Source: Caulobacteraceae bacterium (lineage in GTDB: Bacteria; Pseudomonadota; Alphaproteobacteria; Caulobacterales; Caulobacteraceae). From it: DNA of 64,000 nucleotides. The position numbers and the translations under genes were made by a program. The notes under the pieces are model-generated. The model had not been told where the DNA came from and searched no databases. It worked only from the letters and a program-made list of their open reading frames with translations. The stretch lies in assembly GCA_027489335.1 (NCBI GenBank), contig JAIXZX010000005.1:87125-151124 (forward strand), given 5' to 3'. Of this stretch, positions 9,819-20,885 are shown one piece after another; within the stretch, counting starts at the first letter, position 1, and each line of letters begins with the position of its first letter.

Positions 9819-10651
9819 GCCGCGATCCTCGCCTGACGCTCGCCCGTCCTGACCTCGCCGCCGCCGGCCTCGAAGGCGTGGCGCCCGCTGCTCGCTACGG
9901 GCCGACGGCGCCTCGGGCCTGCCGCGTCGCCGCCGCTGCGATCCGCACCGCGCCATCCCCCGGCGCCGGACAGGCCGACCAGCTGCTGCTGGGGGAAATC
10001 TTCGACGTGCTGGAGGCGGCCGACGGCTTCGCCTGGGGCCAAGCGCGCCGGGACGGCTATGTGGGCTATGTCGCCCTGGAGGCCCTGGGTGAGCCGACAG
10101 CGCCCACCCACCGGGTCTCATCCCTGCGGACCTACGGGTTCGAGCGTCCCAGCATCAAGTCGCCGGCCCTTGGCCCCTACAGCCTCAACGCCCTGGTCAG
10201 CGCCGTGGAGGTGGAGGGCCGCTTCGTCCGCGACGTCGGGGGCGCCTGGTTCGTGGACCGTCACCTGGCGCCAGTGGGCCTGGATTTCGCCCTTGATCCG
10301 GCGGGCGTGGCTGAGCAGCATCTGGGGACGCCCTATCTGTGGGGCGGGCGCGAGAGCCTGGGCCTCGACTGTTCGGGGCTGGTGATGCAGGCCCTGCTGG
10401 CCTGCGGCCGAGCCTGTCCCCGGGACACCGACCAGCAGGAGCAGACCTTCTTCCAGGACGCCGATCCAGCGGCCCTGCGGCGAGGGGACCTGGTGTTCTG
10501 GAAGGGCCACGTGGCGATGATGCTGGACGCCGAGCACATCATCCACGCCAACGCCCACCACATGGCCGTGGCGGTGGAGCCGCTGAACACAGCCATCGCC
10601 CGGATCGAGGCCGCCGGCTCCGGCGAACCCACCAGCTACCGTCGGCCCTGA
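9815..10651 (+). CDS. NlpC/P60 (C40) peptidoglycan peptidase with N-terminal SH3-like domains
   Basis: GTPYLWGG, GLDCSGLV and GHVA catalytic motifs. Confidence 0.93.
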   Translation: MSRDPRLTLARPDLAAAGLEGVAPAARYGPTAPRACRVAAAAIRTAPSPGAGQADQLLLGEIFDVLEAADGFAWGQARRDGYVGYVALEALGEPTAPTHRVSSLRTYGFERPSIKSPALGPYSLNALVSAVEVEGRFVRDVGGAWFVDRHLAPVGLDFALDPAGVAEQHLGTPYLWGGRESLGLDCSGLVMQALLACGRACPRDTDQQEQTFFQDADPAALRRGDLVFWKGHVAMMLDAEHIIHANAHHMAVAVEPLNTAIARIEAAGSGEPTSYRRP

Positions 10652-10670
10652 ACCCGATTTGAGCGTCAGC

Positions 10671-10700
10671 CAAAGAAAAAGCCCGGCGCGAGCCGGGCTT
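10671..10700. terminator. Intrinsic terminator between convergent genes
   Basis: AAGCCCGGC-GCGA-GCCGGGCTT hairpin with an A-tract on the left (U-tract on minus strand). Confidence 0.8.
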
Positions 10701-10724
10701 GATCTTGTGTGGCTATGCGCCCGC

Positions 10725-11387
10725 TCAGGTGGCGGCGGGCGCCTCGGCCTCGGCGGCCGGGGCTTCAGCCGGAGCCTCGCCCTCAGCGGCGGGGGCTTCC
10801 TCGCCCTCGACCGGAGCTTCGCCTTCCGCGGCCGGTTCGGCTGCGGGGGCCGGCGCCGGGAACGGAATGGAGCCGCCCATGGAGTGCAGGTAGGCGACCA
10901 CGTTGATCAGCTCCTCGCGGCGCTTCAGGCCGACGAAGGTCATCTTGGTGCCGGCGATGTGCCGCTGAGGCGCTTCAAGGAACTGGCCGAGTTCTTCGTG
11001 CGTCCAGACCGGGTTGGCCGCGGCGAACTCGGTGAAGGCGCCAGAATAGGAATAGCCGGCGTGAGACGCCGGTCGCAGGCCCACAACGCCCCACAGGTTG
11101 GGGCCGGTGCCGTTGGCGCCGCCCTGGGCGATGGAGTGGCAGCTGACGCACTTGGCGAAGCTGGCTTCGCCGGCCGCCACGTCGGCGATCGGCAGAACCG
11201 TGCCCCAGTCGATGGGGGCTTCAGCCGGCGCGCCGCCGCCCGTGTCCTCAGGGATCGCGATCGCATAGCCCGGAGTTTCGGGGGCGTGAGGGGCGAAGAC
11301 GATGGCGGAGGCTTCACGAAGGCCAACTACCGCCAAGCCCGTCGCCAGCACAGCGCCGGCGACCTTGTTGAACGTAAGGTCGCTCAT
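10725..11387 (-). CDS. Membrane-anchored class I cytochrome c (CycM/c2-like)
   Basis: N-terminal TM helix; CVSCH heme motif; GPNLWGVVG; GTKM axial Met; acidic Ala/Pro/Glu tail. Confidence 0.93.
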   Translation of the reverse strand: MSDLTFNKVAGAVLATGLAVVGLREASAIVFAPHAPETPGYAIAIPEDTGGGAPAEAPIDWGTVLPIADVAAGEASFAKCVSCHSIAQGGANGTGPNLWGVVGLRPASHAGYSYSGAFTEFAAANPVWTHEELGQFLEAPQRHIAGTKMTFVGLKRREELINVVAYLHSMGGSIPFPAPAPAAEPAAEGEAPVEGEEAPAAEGEAPAEAPAAEAEAPAAT

Positions 11388-11556
11388 AGTCTTAGATTCG
11401 GCCCTTTCTCAGGCCGGTCGTCGAAACCGGCATACGCGCGGGAATCTCCCGCCCCTTATTGCGCCCGCGTCTCTTACACGCTACCGGCGCTCGTGCAACC
11501 AGCCAGTTGGTCGCTCCCCCCTGCAAGCGCCACGGCCCACAGGCTTCCATCGAATC

Positions 11557-12306
11557 ATGACGCCCATCGTCCTCATTCCCGCCCGCATGGCCGCCACCCG
11601 ACTGCCCGGCAAGCCCCTGGCCGACATAGAGGGCATACCGATGATCGTCCGCGTGCTGCGCCAGGCGCAGGCCGCCGGGATCGGCCCTGTGGCCGTGGCG
11701 GCAGGCGACCCGGAGATCGTCGCGGCGGTGGAGGCGGCGGGCGGTCGGGCGGTGCTGACCGATCCCGATCTGCCCTCGGGCTCTGACCGCATCCTGCGGG
11801 CGCTGGAGGTCCTCGACCCCCAGGGACATCACGACGTGGTCATCAATCTGCAGGGCGATATTCCCTTCGTCGCGCCCCAGGTGGTGGCCGACTGCGCCGA
11901 CCTGTTGGCCAAAGAACCCGGCTGCGACATCTCCACCATCGTGGTGGCCGACAGCGACATCGCCGAGCGGTCCAATCCCGACATCCCCAAGGCGGTGCTG
12001 GCCATGGCGCCGGGCGGCCGCGCGGGCCGGGCGCTCTATTTCACCCGCTCGACCCTCTATGGAGACGGGCCGGTCTGGCTGCATCACGGGGTCTATGGCT
12101 ACCGGCGCGAGGCGCTTGTCCGCTTCACCGCCGCGCAGCCTTCGCCCCTGGAACAGCGGGAGCGGCTGGAGCAGTTGCGCGCCCTGGAGCTGGGCATGAC
12201 CATCTGGGCCGCGGTGATCGATGCGGCGCCGATCTCGGTGGACAACCCCGCCGATCTGGAACGCGCCCGGGCCCACGCCCGCGCCATGACCGAGGGACTT
12301 CGATGA
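11557..12306 (+). CDS. kdsB: 3-deoxy-manno-octulosonate cytidylyltransferase
   Basis: IPARMAATRLPGKPL, SGSDRI, NLQGD and ERLEQLRALE motifs; start corrected to ATG 11557. Confidence 0.95.
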   Translation: MTPIVLIPARMAATRLPGKPLADIEGIPMIVRVLRQAQAAGIGPVAVAAGDPEIVAAVEAAGGRAVLTDPDLPSGSDRILRALEVLDPQGHHDVVINLQGDIPFVAPQVVADCADLLAKEPGCDISTIVVADSDIAERSNPDIPKAVLAMAPGGRAGRALYFTRSTLYGDGPVWLHHGVYGYRREALVRFTAAQPSPLEQRERLEQLRALELGMTIWAAVIDAAPISVDNPADLERARAHARAMTEGLR

Positions 12307-13148
12307 GCCAGGGACGTATCGCCTTCCAGGGCGAACTGGGCGCCAACAGCCATGAGGCCTGCGCCGCCTACTTCCCGGACTATGAGCCTGTCCCTCATCC
12401 GACCTTTGACGAGGCCTTCGAGGCCATCAAGAGCGGCGACTGCCAGCTGGGCATGATCCCGGTGGAGAACTCCATCGCCGGCCGGGTGGCCGACGTCCAT
12501 CACCTGCTGCCCAATTCCGGCCTGAAGATCATCGGCGAGAAGTTCAAGCCGATCCGCTTCCAGCTGATGGTCAATCCCGGCGTGAAGCTGGAGGAGGTCA
12601 CCACCGTCCAGTCCATGGCCATCGCCATCAGCCAGTGCCGCAAGACGGTCAAACGGCTGGGCCTTAAGGCCGAGACGGTGGGCGACACCGCCGGCGCCGC
12701 GCGCATGCTGGCCCAGACGCCAGATCGCACGCGGGCGGCCATCTCACCGGCGCTCGCCGCGGAGATCTACGGGCTGGAGATTCTGCTGCGGGACATCGAG
12801 GACGAGCGGCACAACACCACCCGCTTCCTGGTGATGACCGCCCAGAGCGAGCCTGAACCGCCGCCCTTCACCAGCCCCTGCATCACAAGCTTCGTCTTCC
12901 GGGTGCGCAACCTGCCGGCCGCGCTCTACAAGGCGCTGGGCGGCTTTGCGACCAACGGCGTCAACATGACCAAGCTGGAAAGCTACATGGAGGACGGCGC
13001 CTGGACGGCGACCTTCTTCTACGCCGAGGTGGACGGGCGGCCTGAGGACCGGGGTCTGGCGCTGGCCCTGGAGGAACTGCAGTTCTTCTCCGAGCGCTTC
13101 GAGATCCTCGGTGTCTATCCGGCCGACCCTTTCCGCGCCCGGGCCTGA
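12303..13148 (+). CDS. pheA: Prephenate dehydratase
   Basis: PVENSIAG, NTTRF motif and ACT domain with NMTKLES. Confidence 0.95.
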   Translation: MSQGRIAFQGELGANSHEACAAYFPDYEPVPHPTFDEAFEAIKSGDCQLGMIPVENSIAGRVADVHHLLPNSGLKIIGEKFKPIRFQLMVNPGVKLEEVTTVQSMAIAISQCRKTVKRLGLKAETVGDTAGAARMLAQTPDRTRAAISPALAAEIYGLEILLRDIEDERHNTTRFLVMTAQSEPEPPPFTSPCITSFVFRVRNLPAALYKALGGFATNGVNMTKLESYMEDGAWTATFFYAEVDGRPEDRGLALALEELQFFSERFEILGVYPADPFRARA

Positions 13149-13183
13149 CGGGGCGTTCTTACTGACCCGTGGCTTTTCCAAAG

Positions 13184-13272
13184 CCGTCACCTTCGGGCTT
13201 GACCCGAAGGTCCATGCACACTTGCCCCGCCCCGGTGTTCATGGATGGTCGGGTCAAGCCCGACCATGACGG
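13184..13272. repeat. 89-bp REP doublet (REPIN-like, CGTC-tagged), copy 1
   Basis: Two 38-nt palindromic arms in inverted orientation with a 13-nt spacer; right arm is identical (reverse complement) to 17250-17287. Confidence 0.9.
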
Positions 13273-13304
13273 CGGAGACGGTGGCGCGAGGCTCCTGAAA
13301 GGAC

Positions 13305-14231
13305 TCAGCCCTCCTCGACCCAGGCCTTCAGCAGCTGGTGGGCGATGGCGAGCGGGCCAGGGGCGAAGACGCCCTCGATCTTTCCCGCCAGCAGGTCGCG
13401 GGCCTCATCGCGAGTGAACCAGCGGACCTCCGACAGCTCGGTCTGGTCAGGCGCCGCCTGGTCGTTCTCCACCTCGGCGATCAGGCCGATCATCAGGGAG
13501 GACGGATAGGGCCAGGGCTGGGTGGAGTGATAGCGGACACTGACGGCCTTGAGCGCGGCCTCCTCGGCCAGCTCCCGGGCGCAGGCCTCCTCGATGCTTT
13601 CGCCGGGCTCCACAAAGCCGGCCAGGGCCGAGAACATGCCGGGCGGCCAGGCCTCCTGGCGACCCATCATGCAGCGGTCGCCGAGATAGGGCAGCATGAT
13701 CACGACGGGATCGGTGCGGGGGAAGTGCTCGGCCTTGCAGGTCGGGCACTGCCGCTTCCAGCCCCCGTCGACCACCACGCTGGGTTCGCCGCAGGCCGCG
13801 CAATGGCGGTGGCGACGACGCCATTCGAACATGGACTTGGCGGTGGCCGCGATGGCGGCTTCGGAGCTGGGCAGGCGCAGGGCGATGGCCCGCAGGTCCT
13901 CAAAGGAGCCGACGCCGCGCAGGGGCCCCTCGGCCGGGTCCACCCCACCCTCGATGTCCACGGCGAAGACGGCGGTGTCCTTCCACAGGCCCATGAACAG
14001 AAGCCGCTCAACCCCGCCGGCCAGCTCGTCGGAAATGGTCGCCGGCACATAGGCCAGCTGCACGCCGCCGCCTGCGGTGGTCTCCACCAGGGGGCGACCA
14101 TTCCACAGGACGATGGCCAGCGACTCGGCCGAGGCCTGCATTTCGGCGAGCCAGGCGGTGTCGCCCCGTCGCTCGCTGGCGCGGTCGAGGGGATTGCCGG
14201 CGAAGGTGTTCTGGAAGGCGGTCAGAGGCAT
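13305..14231 (-). CDS. nudC: NAD(+) diphosphatase NudC
   Basis: Zn ribbon HCAACG...CPTC; FPRTDP; Nudix box GFVEPGESIEEACARELAEE; SQPWP-like TQPWPYP. Start corrected to ATG 14231. Confidence 0.95.
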   Translation of the reverse strand: MPLTAFQNTFAGNPLDRASERRGDTAWLAEMQASAESLAIVLWNGRPLVETTAGGGVQLAYVPATISDELAGGVERLLFMGLWKDTAVFAVDIEGGVDPAEGPLRGVGSFEDLRAIALRLPSSEAAIAATAKSMFEWRRRHRHCAACGEPSVVVDGGWKRQCPTCKAEHFPRTDPVVIMLPYLGDRCMMGRQEAWPPGMFSALAGFVEPGESIEEACARELAEEAALKAVSVRYHSTQPWPYPSSLMIGLIAEVENDQAAPDQTELSEVRWFTRDEARDLLAGKIEGVFAPGPLAIAHQLLKAWVEEG

Positions 14232-14257
14232 GATTTGCGTTCTATCTGCGCCCGAGC

Positions 14258-14286
14258 TTGCGCGCACCTGTTTCGATCGCGATATT
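14258..14286 (+). promoter_or_regulatory. Putative housekeeping-sigma promoter of ffs
   Basis: TTGCGC-N17-GATATT immediately upstream of the SRP RNA. Confidence 0.45.
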
Positions 14287-14288
14287 GG

Positions 14289-14390
14289 GGGCGGAGATCG
14301 GCGACGGGCGGAGTCCTCGCCAACCCGGTCAGGTCCGGAAGGAAGCAGCCGTAACGAGTTTCGCTTCGGGTCGTCGTCCGGTCTCCACCC
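14289..14390 (+). ncRNA. ffs: Signal recognition particle RNA (4.5S)
   Basis: Conserved domain IV CAGGTCCGGAAGGAAGCAGCC; closing stem GGAGATCGG/CCGGTCTCC; upstream of dnaX as usual. Ends approximate. Confidence 0.95.
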
Positions 14391-14411
14391 GCTTCCTCTG
14401 ACATTCTCCCC

Positions 14412-16205
<1,794 letters not shown>

Positions 16206-16210
16206 AGCCC

Positions 16211-16537
16211 ATGAAGGACCTTGGCGCCCTGATGAAGCAGGCCCAGGCCATGCAGCAGAAGCTGGCCGACGCCCAGGCCCGCCTGGCCGAGACCACCGTG
16301 GAAGGCACGTCCGGCGGCGGCATGGTCAGGCTGACCCTGCGCGGTTCGGGCGAACTGGCCGGCGTGGTGATGGACGAGAGCCTGCTGGCCCCGGGCGAGG
16401 GCGAGGTGCTGTCGGACCTGATGGTCGCGGCCCATGCGGACGCCAAGCGGAAGCTCGACGCCATGCAGGCCGAGGTGATGCGCGAGGCCGCCGGTCCCCT
16501 GGCCGGCATGGGCCTGCCCGGCATGCCCAAGTTCTGA
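16211..16537 (+). CDS. ybaB: Nucleoid-associated protein YbaB/EbfC
   Basis: MKDLGALMKQAQAMQ...GTSGGGMV; between dnaX and recR; start corrected to ATG 16211. Confidence 0.93.
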   Translation: MKDLGALMKQAQAMQQKLADAQARLAETTVEGTSGGGMVRLTLRGSGELAGVVMDESLLAPGEGEVLSDLMVAAHADAKRKLDAMQAEVMREAAGPLAGMGLPGMPKF

Positions 16538-16547
16538 TCGACACCCC

Positions 16548-17150
16548 TTGGCCGCATCCTCAGGACCCGAGATCGAGCGCCTGATCGCGCTTTTGGCCAA
16601 GCTGCCCGGCATGGGCCCGCGTTCGGCCAGGCGGGCGACGCTGGCCCTGCTCAAACGCCGCGAACAGCTGCTGACGCCGCTGGCCCAGGCCCTTGCGGAC
16701 GCCGCTGAGCGGGTGAAGACCTGTTCCACCTGCGGCGCGCTGGACACCCGCGACCCCTGCGCCGTCTGCGCCGATCCCGAACGGGACGCCGGGATGATCT
16801 GCGTGGTGGAGGAAGTGGGCGCGCTCTGGGCCATGGAGCGGGGCGGCTCATTCCGGGGCCGCTACCATGTCATGGGCGGTCTGCTCTCGGCCCTTGACGG
16901 GGTCGGGCCTGACGCCCTGCGGGTGGGGTCGCTCATCGCCCGGGCGGAGGCCCCCGAGGTGACCGAGGTGATCCTCGCCCTGCCGGCCACGGTGGATGGC
17001 CAGACCACCGCCCACTATCTCGCCGAGCGCCTGTCGCCCTGTGGCGTGACCATCACCATGATCGCCCGCGGCGTGCCCGTGGGCGGCGAGCTGGACTGGC
17101 TGGACGACGGCACCATCGCCCAGGCCCTGCGGGCGCGCCGCCCGGCCTGA
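16548..17150 (+). CDS. recR: Recombination mediator RecR
   Basis: LPGMGPRSA HhH; C4 Zn finger CSTCG...CAVC; Toprim domain ending GGELDWLD; TTG start. Confidence 0.96.
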   Translation: MAASSGPEIERLIALLAKLPGMGPRSARRATLALLKRREQLLTPLAQALADAAERVKTCSTCGALDTRDPCAVCADPERDAGMICVVEEVGALWAMERGGSFRGRYHVMGGLLSALDGVGPDALRVGSLIARAEAPEVTEVILALPATVDGQTTAHYLAERLSPCGVTITMIARGVPVGGELDWLDDGTIAQALRARRPA

Positions 17151-17157
17151 GGCGGAG

Positions 17158-17206
17158 GCGTCCTTGCGTCCTTCGAGGCTCGCTCCGCTCGCACCTCAGG
17201 ATGGGG
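17158..17206. repeat. Single palindromic REP-like unit of a second class
   Basis: CGTCCTTCGAGG-CTCGCTCCGCTCGCA-CCTCAGGATG resembles the CATCCTGAGG...CTCGAAGG intergenic repeats of Alphaproteobacteria; one copy in the window. Confidence 0.6.
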
Positions 17207-17249
17207 GAGGTGGATTGGGCCATGACCCGACCTTCTCACCACCTTCTCA

Positions 17250-17338
17250 CCGTCATGGTCGGGCTTGACCCGACCATCCATGAACACTGGGCTGACCGAG
17301 GTGTTCATGGACCCTCGGATCAAGTCCGAGGGTGACGG
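17250..17338. repeat. 89-bp REP doublet (REPIN-like, CGTC-tagged), copy 2
   Basis: 38-nt arm, 13-nt spacer, inverted 38-nt arm; same architecture as 13184-13272 but flipped. Confidence 0.9.
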
Positions 17339-17421
17339 AGTCCATGGGGCTGGTCGCACGTCCAAGGCAGCGCCTCCGCCCACCCCTGGCCCCCACGCCC
17401 GACTCCGGCTAGGAACGGAGC

Positions 17422-18708
17422 ATGAACCTGGATGCCTCCCTCGTCGCCGTCATCGCCTGCGCCCTGGCCGCTATCGCCGGTTTCGCCTGGGCCCTGATGG
17501 AGCGCCGTCGCGCCGACCGGCTGCAGGCCGACTACTGGACCCTGCGCGATCAGAGCGCCGACGCCGAGGCCGAGCTGCGCAGCTTCAAGGCTCAGTCCGA
17601 AGCCCAGGCCGAAATCCTCCGCAACCAGGCCGCCCAGTCGGCCAATGTGGTGGCCGAGGCCCTGCTCAAGCGCACCGAAGAGACCTTCCGCAATCGCGAG
17701 CAACTGGCCCAGGCCAGGCTTGAGGCCCAGCTGAAGCCGGTAGCCGAGACCCTGGCCAAGTTCCAGGAACAGGTCACCGCGGTGGAGAAGACCCGCGCCG
17801 AGGAGACCGGCGGGTTGAAGGCCCAGATCGCTCAGCTGCTGACCGCGTCCACCGCCACGCAGGAAGAGGCGCGCAAGCTGTCGGCGGCGCTCCGCCGGGG
17901 CGCTGGCGTCCAGGGCCGCTGGGGCGAGCAGACCCTGCGCAACGTGCTGGAGGCCGCAGGCCTGTCGCACCGCTATGACTTCGAGGAGCAGGTGGCCACC
18001 GACACCGAGGAGGGCCGCCGACGCCCCGACGTCACGGTGCGTCTGCCCGGCGGGGCCCTGTTCGTCATTGACGCCAAGTGCTCGCTCAACGCCTTCCTGG
18101 ACGCCCAGGAGGCCACGGACGACGCCGCCCGCGAGGCCTGTTTCGTCCGCCACGCCCAGAGCGTTCGGGCCCACATGCAGAGCCTGTCGGCCAAGGCCTA
18201 TTGGGACCAGTTTCCCGCCTCGCCCGACTTCGTGGCCATGTTCATCCCCGGCGACAGTTTCCTGGCTGCGGCGCTGGACCGGGCGCCGGACCTGATGAGC
18301 GAGGCCATGGATCGCCGGGTGCTGGTGGTGACGCCCACCACCCTGTTCGCGCTCTGCAAGGCCGTGGTCTATGGCTGGCGGGTGGAGGAGCAGGCGGCCA
18401 ACGCCCAGGAGATCTCCAAGCTCGGCCGCGAGCTCTACAAGCGTCTGTCGGTCATGGGTGGCCATGCTGCGGCCGTCGGCAAGAAGCTGGAAGAGGCGGT
18501 GGGCAAGTACAATCAGATGGTCGGCTCCCTGGAGACCCAGGTGCTCACCCAGGCCCGGCGCTTCGAGGACCTGAAGGTCGACCATGAGGGCCGGGATATT
18601 CCTGAGCTTGCGCCCATTGAGACCGCCGTGCGCCCCCTGGCCAAGCTCGCCTCAGAGTCAGCCCTTGAGCCGGCGCCGCGCATTCGCGCGGTGGGCGAGG
18701 ACAGCTGA
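17422..18708 (+). CDS. rmuC: DNA recombination protein RmuC
   Basis: N-terminal TM helix, coiled coil, GRWGEQTL, RPDVTVRLP, IDAK and FVAMFIPGDS motifs. Confidence 0.94.
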   Translation: MNLDASLVAVIACALAAIAGFAWALMERRRADRLQADYWTLRDQSADAEAELRSFKAQSEAQAEILRNQAAQSANVVAEALLKRTEETFRNREQLAQARLEAQLKPVAETLAKFQEQVTAVEKTRAEETGGLKAQIAQLLTASTATQEEARKLSAALRRGAGVQGRWGEQTLRNVLEAAGLSHRYDFEEQVATDTEEGRRRPDVTVRLPGGALFVIDAKCSLNAFLDAQEATDDAAREACFVRHAQSVRAHMQSLSAKAYWDQFPASPDFVAMFIPGDSFLAAALDRAPDLMSEAMDRRVLVVTPTTLFALCKAVVYGWRVEEQAANAQEISKLGRELYKRLSVMGGHAAAVGKKLEEAVGKYNQMVGSLETQVLTQARRFEDLKVDHEGRDIPELAPIETAVRPLAKLASESALEPAPRIRAVGEDS

Positions 18709-18762
18709 TCGGCGATAAAGGCCGACCTTGACGCTCAGGTTTGCCGCGCTTACCTCGCAGTC

Positions 18763-19272
18763 ATGGCCATTCGCGAAATCCTCACGGTCCCGAACCCGAT
18801 CCTCAAACAGGTCTCCCAGCCGGTGGAGGCTGTCGATGACGAGCTGCGCGCTCTCATGGACGACATGCTCGAGACCATGTACGCCGCGCCGGGCATCGGC
18901 CTGGCCGCCATCCAGATCGGCGTGCCCAAGCGGGTCATCGTCATGGACATCGCCGGCCCCGACGAAGAGCGGCAGCCCCGCTACTATGTGAACCCGGAAA
19001 TCCTCTGGGCGTCAGACGACACCGCTCCCTACGAAGAGGGGTGTCTCTCAATCCCCGACATCTATGACGAGGTCGAGCGCCCGGCCCGGGTCAAGCTGCG
19101 CTACCTCAACTATCAGGGTGAGCAGGTGGAGGAGGACGCCGAGGGCCTCTTCGCCGTCTGCATCCAGCACGAGATGGACCACCTGCAAGGGGTGCTGTTC
19201 ATTGACCACCTGTCACGCCTTAAGCGCGACCGCGCAGTGGCCAAGGTCAAGAAGCAGGCCCGCGCCGCCTGA
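18763..19272 (+). CDS. def: Peptide deformylase
   Basis: [13 protein letters not shown] and QHEMDHL motifs. Confidence 0.97.
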   Translation: MAIREILTVPNPILKQVSQPVEAVDDELRALMDDMLETMYAAPGIGLAAIQIGVPKRVIVMDIAGPDEERQPRYYVNPEILWASDDTAPYEEGCLSIPDIYDEVERPARVKLRYLNYQGEQVEEDAEGLFAVCIQHEMDHLQGVLFIDHLSRLKRDRAVAKVKKQARAA

Positions 19273-19293
19273 GCCCCGGATGACGACCGATCA

Positions 19294-19318
19294 GGGCGGC
19301 CCGCCATGCAGGCCGCCC
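19294..19318. terminator. GC-rich hairpin between convergent def and lipoprotein genes
   Basis: GGGCGGCC-N9-GGCCGCCC; weak U-tracts. Confidence 0.5.
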
Positions 19319-19332
19319 CCTTGGTCATCCGA

Positions 19333-19599
19333 TCAGTTGCTGGCGTCGTCAGCGGCCTCGCTGATTTCATCGCCGGTCTTTTCCATCGCCTGGCCCACCT
19401 CCTGGGCGGCGTCCTGCGCCATGGCCGCGGCGTCGGTGGCCACGTCCTCGGCGGCGTCAGCCACATCGGAGGCGGCCTCGCCGGCTTCGGCGGCGGCTTC
19501 GTCCACATTGGCTTCGGCTTCGTTCTGTTCGGCCTGGGTGCAGGCGGCCAGGACCAGCGCCAGGGCGGCGGCGGCGGTGAGGGTCAGGGTCTTGCGCAT
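19333..19599 (-). CDS. Small acidic Ala-rich lipoprotein (88 aa), unknown function
   Basis: AGGAG RBS; MRK plus hydrophobic stretch plus LAAC lipobox; Asp/Glu/Ala low-complexity mature part. Confidence 0.8.
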   Translation of the reverse strand: MRKTLTLTAAAALALVLAACTQAEQNEAEANVDEAAAEAGEAASDVADAAEDVATDAAAMAQDAAQEVGQAMEKTGDEISEAADDASN

Positions 19600-19699
19600 G
19601 GGTGTCTCCTCTTCTCTCGAGGCCGTCGGAGAATGGTCCTGCATGCCAGTTCATTCCCCCCGGCTTTGCGCACCCTACGGGGCGGGGTAAACGGCGTCC

Positions 19700-20626
19700 A
19701 TGCGCCTGGCCTTTCTCGGTACCCCTGACTTCGCCGTCGTCGCCCTGGCCCGCCTGGTGGCGGCCGGCCACGACATCGCCTGTGTCTATTCGCAGCCTCC
19801 AGCGCCCCGGGGACGGGGGCAGGCGCTGAAGCCCTCGCCGGTCCACGCCTTCGCCCAGGAACATGGCCTGCCGGTGCGCACGCCCGCCTCCATGCGCGAT
19901 CCTGCTGAGATCGAGGCCTTCCGCGCCCTGGACCTCGACGCCGCCTGCGTGGTCGCCTACGGCCAGATCCTGACCCGGGAGGTGCTGGAGGCGCCGCGGC
20001 TGGGCGCCTTCAACCTGCACGGCTCGCTCCTGCCCCGCTGGCGGGGCGCAGCCCCCATCCAGCGGGCGGTGATGGCTGGCGACGAGATCACCGGCGTGCA
20101 GGTGATGCGGATGACCGAGGGCCTGGACGAGGGCCCGGTGCTGGCCACGGCCACGGTGCGCATCGGCCCCCGGGACACCGCTGGCGACATCCACGACCGG
20201 TTGGCCGAGCTGGGCGCCGACCTGCTCGCGGAGACCCTGCCGAAGATCGCGGCCGGCCTCGCTGAGGAAATCCCGCAAGGGACCGAGGGCGTCACCTACG
20301 CCAAGAAGATCCGTCCCAAGACCGCCCGTATCGACTGGACCAAGCCTGCGACGCGGGTCGATGGTCAGATCCGGGGCCTGTCGCCCTTTCCCGGCGCCTG
20401 GTTCGAGGCGCCCGGCGAAAAGGGGCCGGTGCGCGTCAAGGTCCTGGCCAGTGTCCGCGAGGACGGCTCCGGGGCGCCCGGCGAGGTGCTGGATGAGAAT
20501 CTGCTGGTGGCCTGCGGCGAGGGCGCGGTGCGGCTACTGCGCCTTCAGCGCGAAGGGCGTGGGCCGCAGGAGGCCGACGTCTTCCTGCGGGGCTTTCCCC
20601 TGCCGGCGGGCGTGAAGCTAGTTTAA
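19700..20626 (+). CDS. fmt: Methionyl-tRNA formyltransferase
   Basis: [27 protein letters not shown] and GLDEGPV motifs. Confidence 0.97.
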   Translation: MRLAFLGTPDFAVVALARLVAAGHDIACVYSQPPAPRGRGQALKPSPVHAFAQEHGLPVRTPASMRDPAEIEAFRALDLDAACVVAYGQILTREVLEAPRLGAFNLHGSLLPRWRGAAPIQRAVMAGDEITGVQVMRMTEGLDEGPVLATATVRIGPRDTAGDIHDRLAELGADLLAETLPKIAAGLAEEIPQGTEGVTYAKKIRPKTARIDWTKPATRVDGQIRGLSPFPGAWFEAPGEKGPVRVKVLASVREDGSGAPGEVLDENLLVACGEGAVRLLRLQREGRGPQEADVFLRGFPLPAGVKLV

Positions 20627-20857
20627 GCTGTACGTTCTTCGGATGATCTCGAAGAGCTCTGACGCTGACTGCCGGGTCAGTTGGAGGGTCTGGCTCGTCT
20701 TTCCAGGGAACTTACGGTCCCCGGACCCGCCGGTGTTGATCTGGAGAATTGGGTCGGCTGAGGTCGGACGGAGAACCGAAACTTGAGCTTCCACCTGAGT
20801 TGGCTGTAGTGCCGTCCGGCTGGTTGCGGTCTCGCGGAATCCTGTGACGACGGGCAT
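20618..20857 (-). CDS. Hypothetical 79-aa protein
   Basis: Strong RBS AGGAGTGAGGA; about 59% GC (hand count 141/240); fills the whole fmt-truA gap on the opposite strand. Confidence 0.75.
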   Translation of the reverse strand: MPVVTGFRETATSRTALQPTQVEAQVSVLRPTSADPILQINTGGSGDRKFPGKTSQTLQLTRQSASELFEIIRRTYSLN

Positions 20858-20885
20858 TCCTCACTCCTCTACGGTTCAGTTCAAC

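Noticed and set aside
10725-10860. Quasi-repetitive GC-rich DNA at the cytochrome c 3' end (similar stretches in cpaE, cpaF and dnaX)
   Set aside because: Explained by low-complexity Ala/Pro/Glu/Gly linkers in the encoded proteins.
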